From positions 1 to 42,426 of IMG/VR virus record IMGVR_UViG_3300049210_000044: a stretch of 42,426 bases of DNA. The stretch is one strand, 5' to 3'. The notes below the pieces were generated by a model. It saw nothing but the letters and a program-made list of their open reading frames with translations, ran no database searches and had not been told where the DNA came from. Within the stretch, counting starts at the first letter, position 1. Each line of letters opens with the position of its first letter. Origin of the DNA: a virus. Taxonomy: Duplodnaviria > Caudoviricetes. This document shows positions 25,165-34,601 of this stretch, piece by piece. The position numbers and the translations under genes were made by a program.

Positions 25165-27905
25165 TAGCGGCGCACTCCTTGGACGAACAGCCGGTCACGG
25201 GTCTCATTGGCCTGGACGATACGGGAGTCCACGTGCTGGTTGAGGAGCTGGTTCCCCAGGAACACCTGGACCGTGGGCGTGCCGACCTCGGCGCCCGGGA
25301 GGGACAGTTTCTCAGTCCCTGGCAGAGCGAATGAAGGCGCGAGCCCCGCAATCCCCTGGAGCTCGGAGCGCAGGTCCGGCACCGAGTCCCGCAGGCCGAG
25401 ACGGAAGCCCTCCATGGTGTCGGCGCCGACGTCCATCATGACCTTGGACGGGGACTGGATTCCGAGGGTGGACTTCACGGCGCTCTCCACCACGGATCCG
25501 ATGTTGGACGCGATCTCGCGAAGCCTGCTGAGGCGACTGTTGAGACCGCTGATCAGGCCGTTCACAACGTCCTGTCCAGCGGATACGAGGAGGTTGCGCA
25601 GGTCGCCCAGTGCGCTTCTGATCTGATCGTCCAACCCTCCGGCCAGAGTGGTCAGCCTGCTGACCATGTTGTTGAACGCTTCGACAGCTCCGTCCCGGGC
25701 CTCTCTCAGGCGCGCGACGATGGCTCGCCCGGCCTCAGCCAGGTTGCGTGAGATCGCGTCCTTCATGACGTTGACCTGACGCTGAATCTCCTGAGTGATG
25801 TTGCTGACCAGCTCCCCGGCCCGGTTCCAGGCAGAACTGAAGTCCCCTTGTAGCAGGTCAACCAGAATGCGCAACGCCGGTACGACGATGCCTGTTAGGA
25901 ACTGAGCGAGGATGGACAGGGCGCCGGTCGCCAAAGACAGGATCAGGCTGATCAGCGGCCCGAGGATCGGCATCAGCCCCTCCACCAGCTCGATGGTCAG
26001 GTTGACGATCTCCACGATGACCGGGGTCAGCTCGACCAGAACCTCAGCGAACGCCTGTCCGAGCTCCGCCAGCGCGGGGGCCAGCTTCACGAGGATGTCT
26101 GCCAGGACGGGGAGGAGCTTGGTAGTGAGCTCCACGAACGGGGGCAGGACCTGCGGCAGGACCTCGGTTGCCAGCGTGGTGAGGGCGGGCATGAGCTGCG
26201 CTGACAGGTTCTTTACGAATTGTTCGACCACGGGGAGCAACGCGACGAACGTCTGTCCGAGCGCGTCGAACAAGGGGATGAGTGCGGGGAGGATGGCTGC
26301 AATCAAATCGGCCGCAAGGGTGACGAAAGGAATGATCAGCTCTACCAGGTGGCCTACCGCGACCGCTGCTGAGACCAGCACGGGACCTAGGGCCGTAAAG
26401 ACCTTGGTCAGGCCGGAACCAAGGGTCTGGATCAGGGCCTGTACGGGGCCCGCCAGCTCCACGAACACCGGGCCAAGGGCTTCTAGCGCCTGAGTGATCA
26501 GAGGCAGCACGGTATCGACCAGCACCCCGGCGGTCTGTACCAGGGCCGCCAGCGCCTGCTGAAAGCCCTTAGAGGCAGTGACGTCCTTAAAGGCCTTGGT
26601 CACCTTTTCGAGGATGAAGAACAGCCCGTCACCTTGCTCGGTGACCGTGCCGATGATGTTCCCCAGGCCTCCGAACACGTTGCTGACGATGCGGCCCAAC
26701 TGTTTCAGCACGTCGATTGAGCCGGAGATTGCTTTCTCCAGAGCCCCCGACTCGAAAGAAGCAGTCAGCTTTTCGCTGATCCGGTCACCGGCTGCTCCGG
26801 CAGCGGTCGCGAGCCGCTCCAGAGCAGGGCCCGCCGCTGCACCGATCTGGCCGAGACTGGTAACGATCTGGCCGGGCAGATTCCCCAGCTGCCCGAGGGC
26901 GACGACGGATGAATCGAGTGCCTTACCGAGGGTGCCGTTCTTAGCGAGATCCTGTGCGGCCCGGGACGCGCCGATCGCCATCTGATTGAACTGGACCGAG
27001 GTGCGAGACAGGGCACCTGCCACGACCGGGAGAACGGTGCTTCCCAGGGCTTTCAGCTCCCTGTCGAAGCCCCGGAAGAAGTTCTGCTGTACGTCCTGCT
27101 GCACGGCTTTGAGGTTCTTGCGCATGGAGCTCAGCTCGACCACGAACTTACGAGCGCTCGGGGCCAGTGCTTCCAGCTGCTTGGCCAGCTCCTCCGGCTT
27201 CACCTCAGGGTCGAACGCAGACTTAACCGCGTCGCCCACGCCGTTCATGGCGAGCTTGACAGTGCCCGCCGCCAGGCCGAGTGTGATCATGCCCGAGACT
27301 GCCAGCGCCGACGCGGGCGCGATGGCCTCCAAAGAGATCGCCGTGGCTGCCAGGAGCGGTGGCAGCGAGCCGATGGCTTGAAGGCTGCCCACCGCAATCG
27401 CTGCGGCCTTCAGGCTGGGGGTGAGGGCTGAGAGGGCGGAACCCAGGCGCCCCGCAGCGCGTGTCCCCCGACCGTCACGGTCCACGTCCACCTGAAGATC
27501 GATTTCAGGGGCCGCCTCCTCCAACTCGCGCACCAGGCCAGCCAGCTCAGCGTTCAAGGATGCGATGTCGGCATCAATGGCCGCTTCTAGTTCGATCTCC
27601 TGAGCCCGAACCTCGGCCGTGTGAATGACCTCGGCCAGATCACTCTGAAGATTCGAAAGGGACGTCAACTGGTCGAGAGCCGCGTCCACGGCGATCTCGT
27701 CCCCAGCGGCGGAGGCAGCGGCCACCACGTCGTCCAGCTGGCTGACCAGGTTGGAGATGGATGCGTCGGTGTCGAGCAGCGCTTCAAGCTCGATGTCGTC
27801 GGCGTTGGCCTCAGCAGCACGCACGATCGCCGTAAGGTCCCGCTCCAGCTGCGGAAGCGTGTCGTCTGTGGAGATGACCAAATCGACCTCAGCTTGTGAC
27901 GCCAC
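25164..27905 (-). CDS. Tape measure protein
   Basis: 913 aa; Ala/Leu-rich helical repeats with periodic Pro; LGIQSPSKVM motif. Confidence 0.92.
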   Translation of the reverse strand: MASQAEVDLVISTDDTLPQLERDLTAIVRAAEANADDIELEALLDTDASISNLVSQLDDVVAAASAAGDEIAVDAALDQLTSLSNLQSDLAEVIHTAEVRAQEIELEAAIDADIASLNAELAGLVRELEEAAPEIDLQVDVDRDGRGTRAAGRLGSALSALTPSLKAAAIAVGSLQAIGSLPPLLAATAISLEAIAPASALAVSGMITLGLAAGTVKLAMNGVGDAVKSAFDPEVKPEELAKQLEALAPSARKFVVELSSMRKNLKAVQQDVQQNFFRGFDRELKALGSTVLPVVAGALSRTSVQFNQMAIGASRAAQDLAKNGTLGKALDSSVVALGQLGNLPGQIVTSLGQIGAAAGPALERLATAAGAAGDRISEKLTASFESGALEKAISGSIDVLKQLGRIVSNVFGGLGNIIGTVTEQGDGLFFILEKVTKAFKDVTASKGFQQALAALVQTAGVLVDTVLPLITQALEALGPVFVELAGPVQALIQTLGSGLTKVFTALGPVLVSAAVAVGHLVELIIPFVTLAADLIAAILPALIPLFDALGQTFVALLPVVEQFVKNLSAQLMPALTTLATEVLPQVLPPFVELTTKLLPVLADILVKLAPALAELGQAFAEVLVELTPVIVEIVNLTIELVEGLMPILGPLISLILSLATGALSILAQFLTGIVVPALRILVDLLQGDFSSAWNRAGELVSNITQEIQRQVNVMKDAISRNLAEAGRAIVARLREARDGAVEAFNNMVSRLTTLAGGLDDQIRSALGDLRNLLVSAGQDVVNGLISGLNSRLSRLREIASNIGSVVESAVKSTLGIQSPSKVMMDVGADTMEGFRLGLRDSVPDLRSELQGIAGLAPSFALPGTEKLSLPGAEVGTPTVQVFLGNQLLNQHVDSRIVQANETRDRLFVQGVRR

Positions 27906-27915
27906 GCCGATCCCC

Positions 27916-28443
27916 TTACTTCTTACCGGTCATAGCCGCTACAGCTGCCATCGCTGCTTCCGGATCATCCCCATCATCCCATTCATCTGTGAAGTCGGCG
28001 GGCGGGATGGACAGCGAGAAATCGAACCGCAGGCGGCCCTTTTCATCCAGCCCCTTCACGCACAGCGCGTATACCGCCGACGTCCACTCACCCAGCGACC
28101 GCTGCCACGGGTCCGCCCCCGCAAGCACGAGACGACCCAAGACCTCGGTCGCCACGGATGTCTTCAGGAGGGAGACCACTTCCCACCACTTACGCCCACC
28201 TGCCTCGGTCAGGATCCGCAGCGTCTCCCGTTTCAAGTCGTCCACAGCTTGTGGATAACTCAGCACCAGTTCCGCTAGAGCATCCCGTTCCGCCGGGCGG
28301 GCCAGGTAGGGGATCAGCATGCGCCCCCGTTCCAAGCCCGCCGCCCAGACTGCGGCGGGCTGATAGGGCAGCGTGACCTGCTGCCCAGCCACCGTCACGG
28401 TCAGGGGCTCCCGAAGGATCAGCGCGTAGTCACTCGGCATCAT
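27916..28443 (-). CDS. Tail assembly chaperone 2
   Basis: Directly upstream of the tape measure; GGRKWW motif. Confidence 0.6.
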   Translation of the reverse strand: MMPSDYALILREPLTVTVAGQQVTLPYQPAAVWAAGLERGRMLIPYLARPAERDALAELVLSYPQAVDDLKRETLRILTEAGGRKWWEVVSLLKTSVATEVLGRLVLAGADPWQRSLGEWTSAVYALCVKGLDEKGRLRFDFSLSIPPADFTDEWDDGDDPEAAMAAVAAMTGKK

Positions 28444-28735
28444 CGTCCGAGACAGGCTGCGCGTCCTTGTTCTGCCGGTCAATCAGCTTCTTGAGAAGTG
28501 ATGTCGTCACGTCCTTCACTTCAAGCTCACCGGTGATCAGCCGGTCAGTGATCTCGTCCCACTGTTCCTCACCCGCCGACTTTGCGAGGAGGTGGGTGAG
28601 GCCCTTGATCGATTTCTGTGGTGACGCGCCCATGTTCAGCACCACAGAGACGCGCACAACGTCCTCGGGGTCCAGTGGCCGGAACCGGTAAGCAGTCCCC
28701 TTGATCTGGATGGTGTAGTACTTTTCGTCGCCCAT
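28430..28735 (-). CDS. Tail assembly chaperone 1
   Basis: Position and size (101 aa). Confidence 0.6.
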   Translation of the reverse strand: MGDEKYYTIQIKGTAYRFRPLDPEDVVRVSVVLNMGASPQKSIKGLTHLLAKSAGEEQWDEITDRLITGELEVKDVTTSLLKKLIDRQNKDAQPVSDDDAE

Positions 28736-28744
28736 GACGCGAGT

Positions 28745-29152
28745 CTAACGCTGGCGGAAGCTGTAGCCACGTTGAGCTGCGACCTCACGCAGCGCCCGGT
28801 CCAGGAACGGGCGAGCCCGGGTACCGGGGTGACGAACCATCTTCGCGAACACGGTGCGGCCCCCTACGGTGAACTTCAGCACCCGTTTCGTTCGCGGCCG
28901 GATGATATGAGGCCGGGTGCCGTCGTTGACCATGGCCGCGTACTCCAGATCCGAGCCGACCGTGACGCTGCCTCGCAGCGAGAAGATCCTCGGGGGTTCA
29001 GCCCTGATCGAACTCCTCAGACGACCCGTACGCACCGGTGCCAAAACCCTGGCCCGGTTCACCACCTGTCGCGACGCTTCCCGAAGCTCCGTACGCGTCG
29101 CGTTCGTGATGGTCCGGTTCAGCGCCGCTCGGTCCAGCCGGATCCTCGCCAT
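28745..29152 (-). CDS. HK97 gp10-like tail completion protein
   Basis: APVRTGRLRSSI, YAAMVNDGTRPH, HPGTRARPFL. Confidence 0.85.
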   Translation of the reverse strand: MARIRLDRAALNRTITNATRTELREASRQVVNRARVLAPVRTGRLRSSIRAEPPRIFSLRGSVTVGSDLEYAAMVNDGTRPHIIRPRTKRVLKFTVGGRTVFAKMVRHPGTRARPFLDRALREVAAQRGYSFRQR

Positions 29153-29300
29153 GCAGCACCTCCATGAGACCGGCATCCACCCAGGCCCGGATACGGTCGT
29201 TCAGTTCGACGGTCGCTTCACTGCCCTTGTGCATCCCGTTGAACGAGACGCGCACGCGTACGCGCACGGGCGCCTGCGATGCTTTCTTCCTCGGTGTCAT
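28998..29300 (-). CDS. Small hypothetical virion protein, overlapping the gp10-like gene
   Basis: RBS GGGAG; fills the 29153-29300 gap; 155-nt overlap. Confidence 0.5.
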   Translation of the reverse strand: MTPRKKASQAPVRVRVRVSFNGMHKGSEATVELNDRIRAWVDAGLMEVLHGEDPAGPSGAEPDHHERDAYGASGSVATGGEPGQGFGTGAYGSSEEFDQG

Positions 29301-29309
29301 GATCGCTCC

Positions 29310-29828
29310 CTAGCAGCAGGCCGACATGCGGATACGTACCGTCATCCTGCCACCCACACAGTTCCCATCAGGCCCGAAAGGTTCGTAGTCGCCCACGGCC
29401 ACCTCCTCGGCCACCTGGTCATCCACGTCACCGAAGGCGCAGCACACCGCCGCCTCCATGGCGCCGTTGTCGGCATCGAGCTGGAGAGCCACAGCGGTCC
29501 ACTGGTCCTCAGAAACCAGGCCTGAGGGACCCGGGGTGGGGATGCATCGGGCAACGCCCAGTTCAAGCGTCAGAGTCCGCTCCTGGGAGAAGCAGGAGAC
29601 GTTGTCCAGCTCGCCCAGCTGGCGGACACCGGAGATGCTGACGATCCGCACCCACCCGAGGCCGGAGCAGCACTCGTCATCCATCGTGGAGATCATGGGG
29701 GTGACCTCGGATCCGGCGCGCAGCATGATGCGGTTGGCGGCGGGTGGATTGGGGCCCGCCGCCAACGACGTCTCCAGACAAGCCAGCAACGTCTGAGCGA
29801 GCGTCATAGCGGCTGTCACAGCCCCCAC
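29310..29828 (-). CDS. Head-tail joining/tail terminator-like protein
   Basis: Context; Cys-rich, ELGVARC and GPDGNCVG motifs. Confidence 0.6.
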   Translation of the reverse strand: MGAVTAAMTLAQTLLACLETSLAAGPNPPAANRIMLRAGSEVTPMISTMDDECCSGLGWVRIVSISGVRQLGELDNVSCFSQERTLTLELGVARCIPTPGPSGLVSEDQWTAVALQLDADNGAMEAAVCCAFGDVDDQVAEEVAVGDYEPFGPDGNCVGGRMTVRIRMSACC

Positions 29829-30655
29829 CTCGGACCGACGAGGTCGGGTGAATACACCCTGGATCGCTGTGCCTTACGCGCCGGGTTCACCGCCCTGATC
29901 CAGAGATCCACCAGCGTAAGGCCCGTAAGGCCGTTTTCCAGGAACGACGTCGGGTCAACCACCTGTACATCAACGCCGTTGCGAGTGAGGGAAGCGAGTT
30001 GCTGCGGAAGGGCGCACTCGGCCCCGGCACAAGCTTTGGCGAACTCCCCCGCCAGCATGCCCGCAGCGATCCGGCCGGTGACGGGGACCGGGTTACCCCG
30101 CAGGTAGGTGATCGCGAACGACCCGACCTCGGTGACACCCACGTTCATGTCCTGGCACTCCGGCCAGCACCCGCCGTCGGTGCGCACCAGAACCGGGACA
30201 GTCTTCACGTAATCGAGACGGTAGGCGGACGGGTCGATAACCACTCCATCCACAGTCACCTGCTCAATAGCCGCTACGGGACCGAGCAACCGCACTTCAC
30301 AGTCAGCTGCGCAGGAGCAACCGCCTGCACAGCCGCAGTTGCGCCATACACCCCCGTCAATCCAGGGGATCATCCAGGGCATGCCCCCGCCATTGGCCGA
30401 CGCCTGCACCGGCCACGTGAGGTAGCCTCCGGCGCCCTGACACTTAGGACCGCAAGGGCGCACCGTGACTGGGCAGGGGCCGAAACGGCGCCCCGTAAGA
30501 GCCCAGAGGATGTACCTGGCCCACTCCTGGGCGGTGGACTGCACGATGGGGCTGTAGTCAGCCCAGTTGGGTACGCACGTGACGTCCACGATCCAGTCAC
30601 ATGGACCGTCAACGGGGGGCTCACCGCTTTGGAGGATCGGGTTGATGACGGGCAT
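29816..30655 (-). CDS. Head-to-tail adaptor
   Basis: LWALTGRRFGPC, TVRPC, WPECQD, TRNGV, TGL..VDLWI..VNP motifs. Confidence 0.75.
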   Translation of the reverse strand: MPVINPILQSGEPPVDGPCDWIVDVTCVPNWADYSPIVQSTAQEWARYILWALTGRRFGPCPVTVRPCGPKCQGAGGYLTWPVQASANGGGMPWMIPWIDGGVWRNCGCAGGCSCAADCEVRLLGPVAAIEQVTVDGVVIDPSAYRLDYVKTVPVLVRTDGGCWPECQDMNVGVTEVGSFAITYLRGNPVPVTGRIAAGMLAGEFAKACAGAECALPQQLASLTRNGVDVQVVDPTSFLENGLTGLTLVDLWIRAVNPARKAQRSRVYSPDLVGPRWGL

Positions 30656-30663
30656 GACACCTC

Positions 30664-31839
30664 CTACGGTCGGGCGAACTTAGCCGTTGCCGGTACGAAC
30701 ACGGCTTGCGCCGGGTCGGACAGATTGGTGGCAGTCTTAGTCATACAGACCCAACCCACCAGCGCCCCCACGAATGCCGGGTTGACCACGTAGGGCTGTA
30801 CGCCGATTCCCGCCACGGCCGCAGTCAGGTTCGCATAGGTCCTCTGGCCGTACTGAATCACTAGCTGATCAGTCGCGTTGTCCTGGGCGAATACGAAGAT
30901 CCGCTGGATCGTAGACGTTCCCGACCCACCCGGAACCGGAGTGATCACCCCTCCAACGTCATAGTTGGCGGGGTCAAGGTTGGTGACCGGTGGCGGGAAG
31001 ACCGTAGTGGTCTGCGTCGCCCGCCTGTACAGCGCTGGCGTCTGCGCAAGGATGGGCGCGACGTTGGGGTTGTTGGGCGTGTTGGAGTAATTGAAGCTGC
31101 GGGAAAACATCTCCCCTGCCGTGATATTCCATGTCAGGTTCACGCCATTGGGAGACGGCAGCGCCCCCGAGATGATGAACGGCCCCAGGTAGTCCACCAG
31201 GTCGGCGTACTGATTAGCGGGCTGGGACAGGAGGAGCGGGGCGGGGCGGGTAATGGCAACGACCCCGCCGAACACGATGGAGAACCCCAGTGTGATACGC
31301 GTGCGCCGCTCTAGCGCCGTAGGCTCATCGATCAGCTCTATGAGCGCGCCCGTGGAGTCCATCTGCCACCACGTGAGCGTACGAGCGAGGGCGGCGGGGC
31401 TGAGCGCGCGCGTCTGAGCGGGCACGTGCACGCGCGTGAGGGTGGGTCTGAAGGTATCCGTCGCGTAGTTCACGACGTAGCCCACGGTCTCCTGCACGTC
31501 GATGGACGTGCCATTGGCGGTGAAGCCGCCGCCGGACATGAGCCCCGTGGACAGGGCTACCGAGGCCCCGTCCCACGCATCGAGCTGCACCGGGTTACCC
31601 ACACTGATCCGGAAGGACTGCGAGTCGATGCGAACCCAGTACTGCCCCTCCTCAGCCCAGAACGTCAGCATCCCGGCCCCGTCCGTGAAGATCGGGTTGG
31701 GGAGGGGCACCGTGCCCGTGATGTCCGTGAACAGGGGCGCCAGCACGTTGGAGGACATGGGGAAGACCCGGGCCTCCGTGTTAGCGGCGATCGTGCCGTC
31801 CGGGAACCAGTACAGATCGCTGTACAGCGCGAACGCCAT
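30664..31839 (-). CDS. Virion accessory/fiber protein
   Basis: N-terminal Ig-like segment shared with 32191-32652 (PLPNPIFTDGAGMLTFWA). Confidence 0.6.
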   Translation of the reverse strand: MAFALYSDLYWFPDGTIAANTEARVFPMSSNVLAPLFTDITGTVPLPNPIFTDGAGMLTFWAEEGQYWVRIDSQSFRISVGNPVQLDAWDGASVALSTGLMSGGGFTANGTSIDVQETVGYVVNYATDTFRPTLTRVHVPAQTRALSPAALARTLTWWQMDSTGALIELIDEPTALERRTRITLGFSIVFGGVVAITRPAPLLLSQPANQYADLVDYLGPFIISGALPSPNGVNLTWNITAGEMFSRSFNYSNTPNNPNVAPILAQTPALYRRATQTTTVFPPPVTNLDPANYDVGGVITPVPGGSGTSTIQRIFVFAQDNATDQLVIQYGQRTYANLTAAVAGIGVQPYVVNPAFVGALVGWVCMTKTATNLSDPAQAVFVPATAKFARP

Positions 31840-31847
31840 TAGCCCTC

Positions 31848-32186
31848 CTAAGGCACGGGCACCACAACTACGCGGTACTGGTTAGTGGTCGGCGGCAGTA
31901 CGAAACCCACCGTGACCACGTTCACGCTGGTGCGGACAACGGTCGCGATGGACTCGGCGCCCGTAGCGTTGTCGAATACCTGAACGATGACGTCCAGGGT
32001 GTTGAAGCCGTGGGTGACAGCGAAGCTGGTCCCCAGACCGTTGCCAACGCTGGCAGCGAAGCCCTGCGGTCCCGCTGCGGCGAGCTGGTCAACGTTGACG
32101 GCATCGGTGCCCGCCACGCCAGTCGCCAGCTCGGTGATCTTGTTGCCGTTCAGGTCGAGTTGCTGTACGAACTGCACACCTGCCAT
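31848..32186 (-). CDS. Virion accessory protein
   Basis: LNGNKITELA...DAVNVDQL stalk motif plus HNLG-type beta domain. Confidence 0.65.
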   Translation of the reverse strand: MAGVQFVQQLDLNGNKITELATGVAGTDAVNVDQLAAAGPQGFAASVGNGLGTSFAVTHGFNTLDVIVQVFDNATGAESIATVVRTSVNVVTVGFVLPPTTNQYRVVVVPVP

Positions 32187-32190
32187 GGAG

Positions 32191-32652
32191 CTATCTCCTC
32201 AGGTACGCGGTGCCCGTGCTCGGAGCGCCGAAAGTGATCACTGTGGTCTCACCATCAGTGTGACTGACTCCGGCCTCCACCACGTCACCCTCCACGATGA
32301 CGTTCACGGACGGCTCCACCCCGAAGTGATGCGCCACTGTCCAGGTAGCCGCAGCTGATGCCTGCGCGTGGATGAACAGGCCCGGCCACGCATCATCGGT
32401 CTCTCCGGCGTCCACGGGGTAGTTGAAGACCGTCCCCGCCACGTCCGTGAAGTAGTTCCCGGGAGCCGCGTAGAACGTAAGGAAGCCATCCACATCAGTC
32501 ATCACGGGGTTGGCGAGAGGTGTCGTCCCCGCCTTGCTGGTGAAGGTAGGAACCAGGACGTTCCCGCCCCACAGATGGACAGGCAGCTCTACTTCGGAGG
32601 CGGGCGAGCCGTCGGGGTAGAAGAGATACTGCGCGTACTTGATGAGCGGCAT
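32191..32652 (-). CDS. Virion accessory protein
   Basis: PLANPVMTDVDGFLTFYA plus HAQASAAATWTVAHHFG domain. Confidence 0.65.
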   Translation of the reverse strand: MPLIKYAQYLFYPDGSPASEVELPVHLWGGNVLVPTFTSKAGTTPLANPVMTDVDGFLTFYAAPGNYFTDVAGTVFNYPVDAGETDDAWPGLFIHAQASAAATWTVAHHFGVEPSVNVIVEGDVVEAGVSHTDGETTVITFGAPSTGTAYLRR

Positions 32653-32665
32653 AACGACCCCCGGG

Positions 32666-32745
32666 GACCGTCACCCCCACCAGGAGGGGGTGACGGTCCG
32701 GTCTCGATGCTGGGAGCTGGACCTGCGTAATACAGGTCCAGCTCC
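32666..32745 (-). terminator. Two stem-loops after the major tail gene
   Basis: gaccgtcaccccc...gggggtgacggtc and ggagctggacctg...caggtccagctcc. Confidence 0.7.
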
Positions 32746-32756
32746 TTGACCTGCTG

Positions 32757-33455
32757 CTACGGGATGACGAGCTCCACAGCCCCACACGCGGGGGTGGGAA
32801 GCGGTGCCGAGGTGACTTCGAAGTGCACGAAGTCATCGTCATCGATCGCGGTGAGGAGGGGCTCCAGCGTGGCCGGTACGACCGCGTCACGACGGATGTT
32901 GTACGGCCCGACACCCCAGGGGGAGTCGTTGACGGCACGCGCGGTGAAGGTGAGCGTGAGAGCCCCGTTCTGGTGCACCCACTCACCCCACTGAGCGTCC
33001 TTGACCCACGGGTAGAGCCAGTACCCGTAGTTGGTGAAGCCGCCGACCGTACAGGCCTGCCCGGTGATGCCGGTCCAGATCTCCAGAGCGAAGTTGGCCG
33101 TGCCGGTCAGGGCCGCGTTGATCCGGAAGCCCACCGTGTTGGGGGCGACCGCGTCGTCCACCACCAGCGGGTCACCCGTGATCAGGTTGATCATCGAGGG
33201 GTCTGTGACACAGACGATGATCGAGAGGTCAATCCACCGCAGCGCCGGATCCGACCGGTCATCGATGCAGAGATCACCGTTGGCGTCGGCCTGCGAGATC
33301 TCCTCCGCCTCTAGGTAGTTCGGCGTGGCCGTGACCGAGACGAACGCCTTCGACACCACGGTGGACGCGGCGCCCTCAACCGGCGCGCCACACTCGTTGA
33401 GGAGCGTCACCCGCATCATCTTGCCGCGTGCTTGGTTGGCGCAGATGACTGCCAT
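32757..33455 (-). CDS. Major tail protein
   Basis: RVTLLNECG, NGDLC, FALEIW, WGVGPY motifs; followed by terminators. Confidence 0.75.
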   Translation of the reverse strand: MAVICANQARGKMMRVTLLNECGAPVEGAASTVVSKAFVSVTATPNYLEAEEISQADANGDLCIDDRSDPALRWIDLSIIVCVTDPSMINLITGDPLVVDDAVAPNTVGFRINAALTGTANFALEIWTGITGQACTVGGFTNYGYWLYPWVKDAQWGEWVHQNGALTLTFTARAVNDSPWGVGPYNIRRDAVVPATLEPLLTAIDDDDFVHFEVTSAPLPTPACGAVELVIP

Positions 33456-33655
33456 TACTCTTCACCCTCTCCCTTTTTAGTGCGGCGCCGTCGGGGCGCG
33501 TTGTACAGGTCGGCCACATACGGCGCGACCAAGAATTCAGTGCCCGTGCCTCGGGTCCGCACGTCGTGGGGGTCACGCGCGAACCCGAGCAGGGCCTGTG
33601 CCGTGGACTTGACGTCTCCGGCAGCGGGAATGATGGTCACCCAGTCACTGACCAC
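33455..33655 (-). CDS. Small virion-associated protein
   Basis: Coupled between the pentamer and major tail genes; AQALLGFA..P.DVRT. Confidence 0.55.
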   Translation of the reverse strand: MVSDWVTIIPAAGDVKSTAQALLGFARDPHDVRTRGTGTEFLVAPYVADLYNAPRRRRTKKGEGEE

Positions 33656-34521
33656 TACGGCACCGCCGGAGCTGTGGCGACCGCCGGGGCCGCCACCGGG
33701 ACCTGCACGGCGAAAACCTCGGGGCAGTCCCAGGTGAGACCGAAGATCTCTTCGGCGATGACGTCCCACTGGTTCAGGGACCGGTCCAGCGTCTGACGCG
33801 GGTCAGGCTGGGGGAGGACGCCGGAGCGCCACATGTGGACTGCCCCGGTCATGAACGCCCATACGAACCCGGCGGCGGGCGCGACCCCGGCGGGCCCCGT
33901 GATGCCGTACCCGGCGCCGAACGACCACGCCGATCCCATCGGGGTGCGCAGCACTCCAGCACCGCCCTGCCGGACGATCAGCTGAGAGTACGCGGCGGCC
34001 CCGTACGCGGCCATGTTGACGTGGATGGTGCCCGTGTAGCCATAGACGCTGTAGAACGCTTCTTCCAGAGCAGCGATGGCTGCTCCGAAGCCGGGAGCCG
34101 CAGGGGTGACGACCGTGGTACCCGCGTTACCGATCAGGTTCGGGTCAACGGGTACGACCGTCCCGCCCCAGAAGCCCCCCTCCACCAGCGTCTGCTGAGA
34201 GGTGAGGAGCTGTGTCCGGACCGCTGCGAGCATCTCTCCGGCGGTGCGACCCACAGCACCGCAGCGCTTGCGCGCCACAGTCCAGAACGGGTCGAAGTCC
34301 ATGATGTCCGAGCCCTCAACGAACGTCTTCTCGGGGCTCTCAAGACACGTCTGGTTGTACAGCTGACCGTCACCGCAGTGATCGGCGAAGAACTGCCCAC
34401 CTGAGGCGATCAGGCGCCGATCCATGGTCTGGACGCTCGACACGGCTGTGAAGAGCCCATAATGCAGCGGGGTTGTCGGCGGTGCATCGATCAGCTGCGG
34501 ATTGGTGATGATCTTTCCCAT
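33655..34521 (-). CDS. Second capsid protein (pentamer-type)
   Basis: 288 aa directly after the major capsid gene; YGLF, GTIH, TPMG..W.FGAGY motifs. Confidence 0.65.
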   Translation of the reverse strand: MGKIITNPQLIDAPPTTPLHYGLFTAVSSVQTMDRRLIASGGQFFADHCGDGQLYNQTCLESPEKTFVEGSDIMDFDPFWTVARKRCGAVGRTAGEMLAAVRTQLLTSQQTLVEGGFWGGTVVPVDPNLIGNAGTTVVTPAAPGFGAAIAALEEAFYSVYGYTGTIHVNMAAYGAAAYSQLIVRQGGAGVLRTPMGSAWSFGAGYGITGPAGVAPAAGFVWAFMTGAVHMWRSGVLPQPDPRQTLDRSLNQWDVIAEEIFGLTWDCPEVFAVQVPVAAPAVATAPAVP

Positions 34522-34545
34522 AGTCCCTCCTTCCTAGATCTGAGG

Positions 34546-34583
34546 GCCCCCGCCCGCCACAGGGACGACGAGCGGGCGGGGGC
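34546..34583 (-). terminator. 12-bp stem-loop between the capsid genes
   Basis: gcccccgcccgc...gcgggcgggggc. Confidence 0.7.
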
Positions 34584-34601
34584 TGTTCAGGGGGGAGGGT
34601 G

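Noticed and set aside
28430-28482. Programmed -1 frameshift between the tail chaperones
   Set aside because: The second ORF is in the +1 frame, has its own ATG, and I saw no slippery heptamer.
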